DNA of 63,201 bases, filler included, from Licmophora abbreviata (Eukaryota): assembly GCA_900291995.1 (NCBI GenBank). It is 19 parts of 19 records of this genome, joined end to end, with 100 filler letters (N's around TTAATTAATTAA, not from the genome) between each part and the next. Parts side by side here need not be neighbours in the genome. Positions count along the whole stretch, not along the records: positions 12,952 to 22,707 come from OLMU01003867.1; positions 22,808 to 28,670 come from OLMU01003868.1; positions 28,771 to 32,048 come from OLMU01003869.1; positions 32,149 to 34,794 come from OLMU01003870.1; 15 more parts are not named here. One strand, written 5' to 3'. The position numbers and the translations under genes are program-made. Positions 22,123 to 32,616 of this stretch are shown piece by piece. The stretch's first letter is position 1; every line of letters begins with the position of its first letter. Below the pieces are notes generated by a model. That model had not been told where the DNA came from. It did no database searches and saw only the letters and a list, made by a program, of their open reading frames with translations.

Positions 22123-22929
22123 TGCTGTTGGTGCTGGTGATGGCTGCCGCGCTGTGGGGCGTGGGCGCGATGCTGAATACGCCCAAGGCGCTGCGCTGGC
22201 GGATGATCGGGTTTTTGTGGCTGGGCGTTGTCACGCTGCATCTGATCCTGCCTCAAGGGCATCCTTTGAGATTGGCGACGGGGGAAAGTGCGGCGCTTTG
22301 GCTGTTGATCGGGGCGTTCGCGGCGATCGTTCTGGTCTATCGTTGGGGGTTGAAGGGCCTGCGGGGGCGGGCCGAGGCGCGGCAAGCGCCCGAGCCTCAG
22401 CGCAAGGGCCTGTTCTCCGAGGTCGAGCTGGAGCGTTACGCGCGTCATATCGTTCTACGCGAGATTGGCGGACCGGGGCAGAAGGCCTTGAAAGAAAGTA
22501 AGATTCTGGTGATTGGCGCCGGTGGGCTTGGCTCGCCTGCGTTGATGTATCTGGCGGCGGCCGGCGTTGGGACCATCGGGGTGATCGACGAGGACACGGT
22601 CGACAATTCCAACCTGCAGCGGCAGGTGATTCATCGGGATGCGGATATCGGTCTGCCCAAGGTGCAATCGGCCATGGCGGCGATGCAGGCGCAAAATCCT
22701 TATGTCGNNNNNNNNNNNNNNNNNNNNNNNNNNNNNNNNNNNNNNNNNNNNTTAATTAATTAANNNNNNNNNNNNNNNNNNNNNNNNNNNNNNNNNNNNN
22801 NNNNNNNCCTTGTTGGGAGAGATGCTGATCTATGATGCCTTGTGGGGCGAGACCCGCAAGATCGCGGTGAAGCTGCGCGAAGACTGCCCTATCTGCATGA
22901 AAAGAAAACAAAAAGGATCACAGGCATGA
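22122..22929 (+). CDS. moeB: MoeB/ThiF-family adenylyltransferase with N-terminal membrane region (split by linker)
   Basis: ERYARHIVL, GAGGLGSP and SNLQRQ; C-terminal fragment LIYDALWGETRKI..DCPIC ending at 22929. Confidence 0.8.
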
Positions 22930-24932
22930 GCAATCCCTTGTTGTCGGACTGGGCAACGCCATTCGAGATCGCGCCCTTCGACCTGATTGAAGATGCACAT
23001 TTCGCCCCGGCGTTCGACGAGGCGTTGCAGATGGCCCGGCAGGATGTGCGAGAGATTGCCGAGCAATCGGAAAAGCCAAGCTTTGCCAATACGATAGAGG
23101 CGCTTGAGGCAAGCGGGGATCGGTTGGACAAGGTGCTGTCGGTGTTCTTTTCCGTGGCAGGGGCGGACAGCAATGCAGAGCGGCAGAAATTGCAGCGGGA
23201 ATTTGGGCCTAAGCTGGCGGCCTATTCTTCGGAAGTCACTGGAAACAAATCCCTTTTCCAGCGTGTGCAAAGCCTTTGGGACGCGCGAGACAGCCTTGAT
23301 CTGACCGATGAACAGGCAAGGTTGTTGATGTTGACGCATCGGCGGTTCGTGCGGGCCGGGGCCGCGTTGGAGGGGCGGGCGGAGGCCCGGATGCGCGAGA
23401 TCATGTCGCGGCTGGCCGAGCTTGGCACGCAGTTCAGTCAGAACCTTCTGGCGGATGAGGCGGAATGGTTCATGGAATTGGACGGTCAAGCCCTTGAAAA
23501 AATTCCTGATTTTCTGGTTGATGCGGCGAGATCGGCAGGTCGGGAGAAGGGCGTGGAGGCGCCGGTCATTACCTTGTCGCGGTCGCTGGTGGTGCCGTTC
23601 CTGCAGTTTTCCGATCAGCGGGATCTGCGCGAGCGGGCATTTCGGGCATGGGAGGCCCGGGGTGCGATGGGTGGTGAAACAGATAATCGGGCGATTACAG
23701 CCGAGATATTGCGGTTGCGGCAAGAGCGGGCGCAACTTCTGGGGTATGAAAGCTTTGCCGCCTATAAGCTGGAAACCGAGATGGCCAAGACGCCGGAGCG
23801 GGTGCGCGACTTGCTGATGCAGGTCTGGGAGCCGGCCTGCGCGCAGGCGGAAAAGGATGCGGCGATCCTGACCGAAATGATGCAAGCCGATGGAATAAAT
23901 GGAGAATTACAGCCTTGGGATTGGCGTTACTATGCCGAGAAACGGCGCCTCGCGGAGCATGATCTGGATGAGGCGGCGCTGAAGCCCTATCTGACGCTCG
24001 ACAATATGATCGCGGCGGCGTTCGGGGTGGCAAACCGGCTGTTCGGATTGGAGTTTCAGCCGCTTGATATCGCGCTCTATCACCCGGATTGCAGGGCATG
24101 GGAAGTCACGCGAAACGGGCAGCATGTTGCTGTTTTCATTGGGGATTATTTCGCGCGCGCCTCCAAGCGTTCGGGGGCGTGGTGCTCGGCGATGCGGGGG
24201 CAGGCGAAGCAACCCAAGCTGCAGGGGCCGGTGGTGATCAATGTGTGCAATTTTGCCAAGGGGGAGCCGGCGTTGTTGGGGTATGATGATGCGCGGACGT
24301 TGTTTCACGAGTTCGGGCATGCGCTGCATCATCTGCTGTCGGACGTAAATTATGAAAGTATTTCAGGGACTTCGGTGGCGAGGGACTTTGTGGAGCTGCC
24401 AAGCCAGCTGTATGAACACTGGCTGGAAGTGCCCGAGGTGTTGGAGACCTATGCAAGGCATTACCGCACCGGAGAGGCTATGCCACGGGAATTGCTGGAT
24501 AAAATGCTGAAGGCGGCGAATTTCGACCAAGGGTTCCAGACGGTGGAATATGTCGCCTCGGCGATGGTCGATCTGGCGTTCCACGAGGGCGACGCGCCCG
24601 ACGATCCAATGATCAAGCAACGGGAAACATTGGATAAAATGGGGGTGCCGAACGCAATCACCATGCGTCACGCAACACCACATTTCGCGCATGTCTTTTC
24701 CGGGGACGGGTATTCGAGCGGATATTACAGCTATATGTGGTCGGAAGTGATGGATGCCGATGCCTTTGCCGCCTTCGAGGCTGGGCCGTTTGATGAAGCT
24801 GCTGCCAAGTCATTGGAAACGCACATTCTTTCGCGCGGTGGATCGGAGGATCCGGAGGCGCTTTATACCGCGTTTCGGGGGCGGTTGCCCGGTGTCGAAG
24901 CGCTGCTGAAGGGGCGCGGGCTGGTGGCGTGA
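22926..24932 (+). CDS. dcp: M3 peptidase (peptidyl-dipeptidase Dcp)
   Basis: NPLL, KRSGAW, HEFGHALH, DFVELPSQ and GYYSYMWSEV. Confidence 0.92.
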   Translation: MSNPLLSDWATPFEIAPFDLIEDAHFAPAFDEALQMARQDVREIAEQSEKPSFANTIEALEASGDRLDKVLSVFFSVAGADSNAERQKLQREFGPKLAAYSSEVTGNKSLFQRVQSLWDARDSLDLTDEQARLLMLTHRRFVRAGAALEGRAEARMREIMSRLAELGTQFSQNLLADEAEWFMELDGQALEKIPDFLVDAARSAGREKGVEAPVITLSRSLVVPFLQFSDQRDLRERAFRAWEARGAMGGETDNRAITAEILRLRQERAQLLGYESFAAYKLETEMAKTPERVRDLLMQVWEPACAQAEKDAAILTEMMQADGINGELQPWDWRYYAEKRRLAEHDLDEAALKPYLTLDNMIAAAFGVANRLFGLEFQPLDIALYHPDCRAWEVTRNGQHVAVFIGDYFARASKRSGAWCSAMRGQAKQPKLQGPVVINVCNFAKGEPALLGYDDARTLFHEFGHALHHLLSDVNYESISGTSVARDFVELPSQLYEHWLEVPEVLETYARHYRTGEAMPRELLDKMLKAANFDQGFQTVEYVASAMVDLAFHEGDAPDDPMIKQRETLDKMGVPNAITMRHATPHFAHVFSGDGYSSGYYSYMWSEVMDADAFAAFEAGPFDEAAAKSLETHILSRGGSEDPEALYTAFRGRLPGVEALLKGRGLVA

Positions 24933-25018
24933 GTTTCGTACGACTCGTACGAAACCTACGCGGCTTTGGGACGAAACAGGGAGGCCGGAGTGCGATTTGT
25001 GTCCATCCCGTACACAAA
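24933..25018. repeat. Two inverted repeats in the convergent dcp/PMM spacer
   Basis: GTTTCGTACGA-C-TCGTACGAAAC (24933-24955) and TTTGTGT-N9-ACACAAA (24996-25018). Confidence 0.8.
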
Positions 25019-25037
25019 CGCGCCCCAAACCCGGATG

Positions 25038-26534
25038 TCAGATCGTCTGGTCGTAGTCGCCAACCGAGGGTTCGGTTCGGATGACGGCATCAAGATCGGC
25101 GAAGATCGCGCGCATCTCGGCGTCGCTGTCGCTGCTTTCGCAGACCACCACGAGGTTGGGGGTGTTGGACGAGGCGCGCACCAGTCCCCATGAGCCGTTG
25201 TCGAGGATCACGCGGGCGCCGTTGACGGTGACCACCTCCTTGATGGGGCGACCGGCGAGCGTGTCGCCGGCATCGGCCTTGGCGACGAGCTTGGCCACGA
25301 TCCGGTCCAGCACCACATATTTTTCGGTGTCGGCGCAATAGGGCGACATGGTGGGGGTCGACCATGTCTGCGGCAGGGCGCGGCGCAGGTCGGACATGGA
25401 CATATCGGGATTGCGGTCCATCAGTTTGCAAATCTCGACCGCGACACGCATTCCGCAATCATAACCCCGGCCCACCGGTTCGGCGAGGAAGTAGTGACCG
25501 GATTTTTCGAACCCGGCGAGGGCGCCGATTTCCTTGACCCGGCGCTTCATGTGGCTGTGGCCGGTTTTCCAGTAATCGGCCTTGGCGCCGTTTTTGTGCA
25601 ATTCGGGATCGCTGGCGAAGAGGCCGGTGGATTTCACATCGGCCACGAAGGTGGAGCCGGGATAGAGGCGCGACAGGTCGCGGGCCATGATGACGCCGAC
25701 CTTGTCGGCGAAAATCTCTTCGCCCTCGTCATCGACGACGCCGCAGCGATCGCCATCGCCATCGAAGCCGAGCGCGAAATCGGCGCCGGTGGCGCGCACG
25801 CTGTCGGCCATGTCGTGCAGCATTTCCATGGCTTCGGGGTTGGGGTTGTAGTTGGGGAAGGTGTAGTCGAGATCGTTATGGGAGGCGATCACCTCGACCC
25901 CGATGCGCTGGAACAGCTCGGGCGCGAAGGCCGAGGCGGTGCCGTTGCCGGTGGCGCAGACCACGCGCAGTTTGCGGGTCATGCGGAAATCGCCGACCAG
26001 ATCATCGAGATACGCTTCGCGCACACCATCGACGAATTCATACGATCCGCCGGGGGCGGGCTGACCCTCGCCGTTCAGGACGATGTCACGCAATTCGGCC
26101 ATTTCATCGGGACCGTGGGTGAGGGGGCGGTCAAAGCCCATCTTGACGCCGGTCCAGCCGTTGGGGTTATGGCTGGCGGTGACCATCGCGACGGCGGGCG
26201 CATCAAGGTGGAACTGGGCGAAATAGGCCATCGGCGACAGGGCCGGGCCGATATCGCGCACGCGGATGCCGGCCTGCATCAGGCCGATGATGAGCGCGTG
26301 CTTGATGGCCAGCGAATAGTCGCGGTAATCGTTGCCGACGGCAATCTCGGGGCGGATGCCACGGCGCTGCATCTGGGTGCCGAGGCCGAGGCCAAGCGCG
26401 GTCATGCCGGGCAGGTTGATTTCGTCGGGGTATTTCCAGCGCGCGTCATATTCGCGAAAGCCCGTGGGGGCTATCATCGCATCGCGCAGGAATTCCCATG
26501 TGTTGGGGGTGACGGTGGGCAAGGGTTTGGTCAT
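25038..26534 (-). CDS. Phosphomannomutase/phosphoglucomutase
   Basis: TASHNP, FDGDGDR and GFEKSGH. Confidence 0.93.
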   Translation of the reverse strand: MTKPLPTVTPNTWEFLRDAMIAPTGFREYDARWKYPDEINLPGMTALGLGLGTQMQRRGIRPEIAVGNDYRDYSLAIKHALIIGLMQAGIRVRDIGPALSPMAYFAQFHLDAPAVAMVTASHNPNGWTGVKMGFDRPLTHGPDEMAELRDIVLNGEGQPAPGGSYEFVDGVREAYLDDLVGDFRMTRKLRVVCATGNGTASAFAPELFQRIGVEVIASHNDLDYTFPNYNPNPEAMEMLHDMADSVRATGADFALGFDGDGDRCGVVDDEGEEIFADKVGVIMARDLSRLYPGSTFVADVKSTGLFASDPELHKNGAKADYWKTGHSHMKRRVKEIGALAGFEKSGHYFLAEPVGRGYDCGMRVAVEICKLMDRNPDMSMSDLRRALPQTWSTPTMSPYCADTEKYVVLDRIVAKLVAKADAGDTLAGRPIKEVVTVNGARVILDNGSWGLVRASSNTPNLVVVCESSDSDAEMRAIFADLDAVIRTEPSVGDYDQTI

Positions 26535-26559
26535 TGCGAAATCTCTTTGTCTGGCGTGG

Positions 26560-27399
26560 TCAGATGCTGAGCGGGTTGGCCTTGGCCACTGTGTCGAGCG
26601 CCTTGAGGACGCGCAACAGCCCGTCCATCTGATCGAGCGGGATCATGTTCGGCCCGTCCGAGGGTGCTGTGTCGGGCGCTTCGTGGGTTTCGATGAACAC
26701 CGCCGCCACGCCAAGGGCCACGGCGGCACGGGCCATCACGGGGGCGAATTCCCGCTGGCCGCCGCTGCTGCCGCCCTGACCGCCGGGTTGCTGCACGGAA
26801 TGGGTGGCGTCCATCACCACGGGATAGCCGGTGGCGGCCATCTGAGGCAGGGCACGCATGTCGGCGACAAGGGTGTTGTAGCCGAACGAGGTGCCGCGTT
26901 CGGTCAGCAGGATGCGGGTGTTGCCGGTGCTTTCGATCTTGGAGATCACGTTGGGCATGTCCCAGGGGGCGAGGAACTGCCCCTTCTTGACGTTGATGGC
27001 GGCACCGGTCTCGCCGGCGGCGATCAGCAGATCGGTTTGCCGGCACAGGAAGGCGGGGATTTGCAGCACATCGGCCACCTGCGCCACGGGGGCGCATTGA
27101 TCGGGCAGGTGAATGTCGGTGAGCACGGGCACGCCGAGCGCGTCCTTGACCGATTGCAGCACCTTCAGCCCCTCATCCAGACCAAGGCCGCGCTTGCCGG
27201 ACAGCGAGGTGCGGTTGGCCTTGTCGAAGCTGCCCTTGAAGATGAATTGCAGCCCATGCGCGGCACAGGCCGCTTGCATGGTGCCGGCGATCATCTGGGC
27301 GTGATCGGCGGATTCCAGTTGGCAGGGGCCTGCGATGAGGGTCAGGGGCTGGTCGTTGCCGACATGCAGCCCTTTGATCTCGATCTGTCGCTGCGTCAT
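26560..27399 (-). CDS. kdsA: KDO 8-phosphate synthase
   Basis: [23 protein letters not shown] and [10 protein letters not shown]. Confidence 0.96.
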   Translation of the reverse strand: MTQRQIEIKGLHVGNDQPLTLIAGPCQLESADHAQMIAGTMQAACAAHGLQFIFKGSFDKANRTSLSGKRGLGLDEGLKVLQSVKDALGVPVLTDIHLPDQCAPVAQVADVLQIPAFLCRQTDLLIAAGETGAAINVKKGQFLAPWDMPNVISKIESTGNTRILLTERGTSFGYNTLVADMRALPQMAATGYPVVMDATHSVQQPGGQGGSSGGQREFAPVMARAAVALGVAAVFIETHEAPDTAPSDGPNMIPLDQMDGLLRVLKALDTVAKANPLSI

Positions 27400-29042
27400 T
27401 GGGATACCTGTTCGCGGAGGATGGATGCGGTGAGTGACAGCATCAGGTAGATACCGGCGAAGATCAGGAACGCAAGGATCGTATTTTCGAAGGACCGCGG
27501 ATAGGAGGGATCCTCGGATGCGACAGGGCGCACGCTGACGGTGAGGTAGCGGACCTGTTTGTTGGCCTCGATCTCGGACTGGCGCTTGGCTTCGAGGGCG
27601 GCCTGCAGCACCATGTCGGAGGTGGCCAGATCGGCCTGCGCCATCTGGATCGCGGCGGCCTGAGAGGCGAGCGAGGCGTTGCCGGCGGAGGCTTCGGTCA
27701 GGCGGGCCTTCTGTTTGGCAAGCTCGACGGTGAGCACCTCGACTTCGCTGCGCAGGGCGTCGACGCGGGCCTCGTTGGGGCGCGCGTTGTTGAGCTGCGT
27801 GTTGAGGGCCAGTTGTTTTTCCTGCAGCTGCATTTCGGCGCTGCCGATCAGCTGGCGGATATTGGCCACTTCGCCTTCCGGATCGAGAATGGTGCCTTCC
27901 TGCAGGCTGACCAGCCGTTCCTGTGCGTTGCGGCGTTCGACCTTGGCCTGTTCCAGGCTTTCGACCGCGGTGCGCACCGCGTCCTGACGTTTTTCGACGC
28001 TGAGTTCATCGACGCGTTCCTCGGCATAGTCGATGAGCTGCTCGGAGAAGCGCGCGGACAGTTCGGGGTCGGCGGTCGACAGCTCCATGCGGATCACGCC
28101 TTCGGTGGGGTCGTAGCCCAGTTTGACGTATTTCTTGTAGAGCTTGTACGCATCCTCGTTCGAGGCGTCTGGGGCGAGGCGCTGGATCGGGTCGATCCAG
28201 GGCTGGCTGAAATGATCGCGGAAGCCCAGATCCTTGTCGAGGCGCAGCATGGCGTCCTTGGATTGCAGATAGGATTGGGTGGCGATGGAATCCTGTCCGG
28301 TGGCGAACTGGCTGGGTAGAAGGCCGCCAAGCCCGCCGCCGCCGCTGCCGCTGCCATCGGCGGTGAGGATCAGGAATTCGGACTTGGTGGAATACATCGG
28401 GGTCGCAACGGCGTAGAAATAGTAACCCGCGATCAAGGTGGGCAGGAAGACGAAGGCCATAAGCCGGGTGAACAGAAGCGCCATCTTGCGGCGGCGACGG
28501 CGGGCGATGTCGCGCTGGATGCTGGTGATCTCGGCGGCGCGGCGATCCGCGGGGCTGAGGCCTGGGGCGGGCAGGGTCTGTTTTGCGGTCTGGATGGTCT
28601 GGGGCAGCTGGACGCGGCCGCTGTCACCCGGTTCGCTGTCGGGATGGCCGCTCAGAAGTTGCGCGCCGCCNNNNNNNNNNNNNNNNNNNNNNNNNNNNNN
28701 NNNNNNNNNNNNNNTTAATTAATTAANNNNNNNNNNNNNNNNNNNNNNNNNNNNNNNNNNNNNNNNNNNNAAATCCGAGGTGGGCGCCAGCCCGTGTTTC
28801 TGGGCGAGGCGACGGGCCATGCGAAGCTCGCGCCCGGTGAGGCCCTGCTTGCGGATGTCTTCGATGGTTTCTTCGGATGACAGTTCGGCGCTGGAGAGCA
28901 GCTCACCCTGGCGAAGGGTGTCATCGGGCGTGTTGGCGGCGGCGGGCGGCGTGACCGGGGTGTTGTCGCCATGCGCGTCGACCATGCCCGGCTGGGGGCT
29001 GCGGCGGATACGGAACTTTCTAGCCTTGGGTTTCGTAGTCAT
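27396..29042 (-). CDS. kpsE: Capsule export inner-membrane protein, KpsE-like (split by linker)
   Basis: Two TM segments flanking a coiled-coil periplasmic domain. N-terminal fragment [14 protein letters not shown] follows kpsT. Confidence 0.75.
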
Positions 29043-29679
29043 AGAGTTCTTTTGCCTCTTCCAAGGTGTCAAACATATACAATTTGCCGTTCATCAGAAC
29101 CGCCGCCGAGCGCGCGAATTTCTCGAGGATATCGGGGCTGTGGGAGACGATGATGACGGTGGTGGTGGCCAGCCTTTCGCGCAGGATTTCGCCGGCCTTG
29201 CGGTTGAATTCGACATCGGTGGAGCCGGGCATCCCTTCGTCGATCAGGTAGATGTCAAAATCGAGCGCCAGCATCAGCGCGAAGGAGAAGCGCGCACGCA
29301 TCCCCGAGGAATAGGTGCCGAGGGGCTGGTCGAAATATTCGCCCAGATTGCACAGCCAGCGGCAGAAGGCTTCGATGTAGTCGGGATCGAGACCGTAAAG
29401 CCGCGCGATGTAGCGCGCGTTTTCCATCGCGGAAATCTTGGGAACGACGCCGCCCATGAAGCCGAGCGGAAAGCTGATCCGGCAGCCGCGCCGTATTTCA
29501 CCCTCGTCGGGTTTTTCGAGACCCGCCATCATGTTGATGAGCGTCGTCTTGCCGGTGCCGTTGGGGGCGAGGATGCCGAGAGAATGGCCGAGGTCGACGC
29601 GAAATGACACGCGGTCAAGGATCACCTTGCGCTGCGTGCCCGTCCAGAAGGACTTGCTCACCATGTCGAATTCGAGCAT
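29020..29679 (-). CDS. kpsT: Capsule export ABC ATPase, KpsT-like
   Basis: APNGTGKTT, YSSGMRAR and YLIDE. Confidence 0.85.
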   Translation of the reverse strand: MLEFDMVSKSFWTGTQRKVILDRVSFRVDLGHSLGILAPNGTGKTTLINMMAGLEKPDEGEIRRGCRISFPLGFMGGVVPKISAMENARYIARLYGLDPDYIEAFCRWLCNLGEYFDQPLGTYSSGMRARFSFALMLALDFDIYLIDEGMPGSTDVEFNRKAGEILRERLATTTVIIVSHSPDILEKFARSAAVLMNGKLYMFDTLEEAKELYDYETQG

Positions 29680-29868
29680 CCACTTTGCTCCGATGCTGCT
29701 CTTGCCTAACCCTCTTGAGCGGGGTTTGGTTAAGGCGTCACTCATAACTTAACGGCTATTATGCCGGATAGATCAGTTACATTACAGTAAAACAGGGCTT
29801 TTTTATGCCCATTATCGCAAAAAAATATGCGCAGCCGGTGGCGCAGGCCCGTTTCAGGGGGGCGCCTG

Positions 29869-30558
29869 TCAGGTTTCAGAAGCGCGGGTGAGCGACAGGC
29901 GCGCGGTTTCCAGATGCTCTTTCATGATGTTCGCGGCGCGTTCGGGCTCGCGGGTGCGGACCGCGTTGAGGATCTGGCGGTGCTGCACGTTGTAGATGCC
30001 GATGGTGCGCGAATCGAGCGTGAGATGGCGCATCCGGGTCCAGTCGTCTTCGGAACGGACATTGGCGATTTGGTCGAGGATCCAGATCAGCAGGCCATTG
30101 CGGGTGCATTCGGCGAGCGCGCGGTGGAAATCGGTGTCGGCTTCGGAAAAGCCCACGGGATCGTCGAGACACTCTTCCATGCGGTTGCAGAGATCTTCCA
30201 TGCGGTCGAAATCGGCATGTCGTCCGTGCAGGACGGCGAGGCGGCAGATATGCGGCTCGAGCGCGAATCGGGTGTCCATCAGTTCGAGGGGGGTGGCGTT
30301 GCGGATCGCGTTGGTCGAGGTCTCGTCGGGCTTGTGAACGACATAGGTTCCGCTGCCGGCGCGGGTTTCGACGAAGCCCTCTTTTTCCAGATGCGTCAAG
30401 GCTTTGCGGATCGTGCCACGAGCGGCGCCGTAGGTCTCGGAGAGGACGCGTTCGGGGGGCAGGCGATCATGAAGTTGCAGGCTGCCCTTGGAAATCTCGC
30501 GTCGGATCAAAGCCGCGATGTCCGCGGCCCCGAGTTTCTGATCTGCTAAAGCGTTCAT
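29869..30558 (-). CDS. GntR/FadR-family regulator
   Basis: wHTH RLPPERVLSETYGAARGTIRKAL..GSGTYV plus an FCD domain (DTDFH..H..I..A). Confidence 0.92.
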   Translation of the reverse strand: MNALADQKLGAADIAALIRREISKGSLQLHDRLPPERVLSETYGAARGTIRKALTHLEKEGFVETRAGSGTYVVHKPDETSTNAIRNATPLELMDTRFALEPHICRLAVLHGRHADFDRMEDLCNRMEECLDDPVGFSEADTDFHRALAECTRNGLLIWILDQIANVRSEDDWTRMRHLTLDSRTIGIYNVQHRQILNAVRTREPERAANIMKEHLETARLSLTRASET

Positions 30559-30575
30559 CATTTCCCCTCGATTTT

Positions 30576-30846
30576 GAACCAATAATATACCAGAAACTCG
30601 CGTATTTCACCTACTTAAATGGCATTGGATCAAAAGTGGTTGACTTTTGGATCGGCCATCGGAAACACTTTACCTATTCGCGCTCCACCAACCGGCGTGA
30701 CACATAGGGCGTCACGGCAGGCAGGCAAAGACTGGGACAAACACAAATGGTGTTTCCTGATACCGTAAAACGACAGTTTGCCAAAGCCGTGGCCACATGG
30801 GCCGCATCGGGCGGGCCTGCGCGGGCACTGACCAAAACTGGACCAA
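30576..30846. promoter_or_regulatory. Three clusters of TGGW boxes at 11-bp spacing, probable GntR operators
   Basis: ACCA at 30578/30589, TGGAT/TGGTT/TGGAT at 30626/30637/30648 and ACCA at 30831/30842. TTGACT at 30640 overlaps the middle cluster. Confidence 0.55.
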
Positions 30847-31009
30847 GCGCGGGCCGTCTGTCCCGCCGAGGACCTTATCCCGCGGGTCCGGCATGGGGGG
30901 GCTCCACCCCGGCCCGAGCCGCTTTTACCCATCTGCGTGGAGCGACCATCACAGAGCCGTAAAGCGGGCGTCAGACCCGGCCGCGGCGGAACCATCAGGG
31001 AGAATGAAA

Positions 31010-32539
31010 GTGGCTGAGACAGATCTGGAAAGATTCGTAGAGGCGCCGGGGCGCGACGAGAAGATCAAGCAAGTACGTAAGAAGATCGACGAGCTGGGGA
31101 TTGAGTATCTTTACCTGCAATTCGTGTCGGTCACCGGCAAGATCATGGGTAAGGGCATTCCGGCGGATCACTGGGAAAGTGTCGCCCAGAAGGGGTTCCA
31201 GCTGGTCTATGGCGCCACGATGAACCTGTTCACCAACCGCGCCGGCGATTACATGGGCTATGGGCCTGAGGCTGCCGAGCTGATCGGTATCCCCGAGCCG
31301 GAAACCTTCATGCAGCTGCCGTGGGCGCCCGAGATCGGCCGCTTCTATTGCACGCTCTTCCGCAACCGCGAGGAAAAGGTAAATCCTGGTGGCTATCTGA
31401 CGGCGGATTGCCGGGGCAACCTGCGTCGTTTGCATGATGAATTCACCAAGAAGCACGGCACCAAGCTGCGGATCGGCACCGAGCCCGAGATGATGTGGCT
31501 GAAGTTCGACGAGAACGGTAAGCCGCGCGACGGGTACTCGAAGCCCTATTGCTATCACATCGACCAGTTCGAAAGCCTGCGGCCCGTGTCGCTGCAGGTG
31601 ATCCGCTATGCGCGGAAGATGGGTCTGGACATGATCCAGGGCGATCACGAGGACGCGCCGGGGCAGCTTGAGCTGAACTGGATGTTCGACGATGTGCTGC
31701 GAAATGCGGACCGGTTGACCACCTATCGCCAGATCTGTGCGCAGGTGGCGCGGGAGAACGGGATTTTCGCCTGTTTCATGACCAAGCCGTTCATGGGGGT
31801 GTCGGCGTCGGGCTGCCACCACAACATGAGCCTGTGGTATGGTGGCGAGGATGAGTTCGTCAAATGCGGCAACGACCCGGACAACCTTCCGGGGATGGCC
31901 GACAACTATATGTATGTGAAGGGCGGCGAGAACACGTTCATGCCCGACACGGACGATCCGCAGATGCCGGGCAAGGAAGGGCTGAAGGCGATTGGCGGTG
32001 TGGTGCATCACCTGCAGGCGCTGACCGCGATCGGCTGTTCGACGGTGANNNNNNNNNNNNNNNNNNNNNNNNNNNNNNNNNNNNNNNNNNNNTTAATTAA
32101 TTAANNNNNNNNNNNNNNNNNNNNNNNNNNNNNNNNNNNNNNNNNNNNTGACTGGGGCTTCCAGAACCGCACCACGGGTCTGCGCGTGTCGGCGCCGGGG
32201 CGGTTCGAGTATCGGTCGGTGGATTCGATGGTGAACCCGTACCTCATGGGCACGACCCTGCTGGCGGCGATGGATGACGGGTTGGAGAACAATCTCGATC
32301 CCGGCGAGCCCGAAGAGCGCAACATCTATGCGGCGATGGCCGAGGGCAAGGACGTCAAGAAGCTGCCGATGTCGCTGGGTGAGGCGCTGGACAAGCTGGC
32401 GGCTGACGAGGCGGTGCAGCGCGGCCTGCCCGGCGAGATGTACCGGCTTTACGACGAATACAAGCGCGACGAGGTCGCGAGATTCATGTCCACCGTCACC
32501 GAGTGGGACAAAGAGATGTACATGGAGTGTCTGCCCTGA
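31010..32539 (+). CDS. Glutamine-synthetase-family gamma-glutamyl ligase, GmaS/GlnT-like (split by linker)
   Basis: EPEM, DHEDAPGQLELNW, FMTKPF..SGCHHNMS, WGFQNRT and RFEYRSVD..NPYL. GTG start follows AGGGAG. Confidence 0.85.
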
Positions 32540-32616
32540 GGCATTCGATGTCTTGGCGGCAGGCGATTATGCCTGCCGCCCCCCTGAACGACGCAAACTG
32601 AGGAGGCGCATTCAAG

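Noticed and set aside
29700..29760. TTAA words upstream of kpsT as possible CtrA sites
   Set aside because: Only half-sites are present, and none has the TTAA-N7-TTAA spacing.
30745..30776. Words ATGG..GTTTC..ACCGTAAA..CGAC reminiscent of a purine riboswitch
   Set aside because: The P2 and P3 helices and the spacing required for that aptamer are missing.
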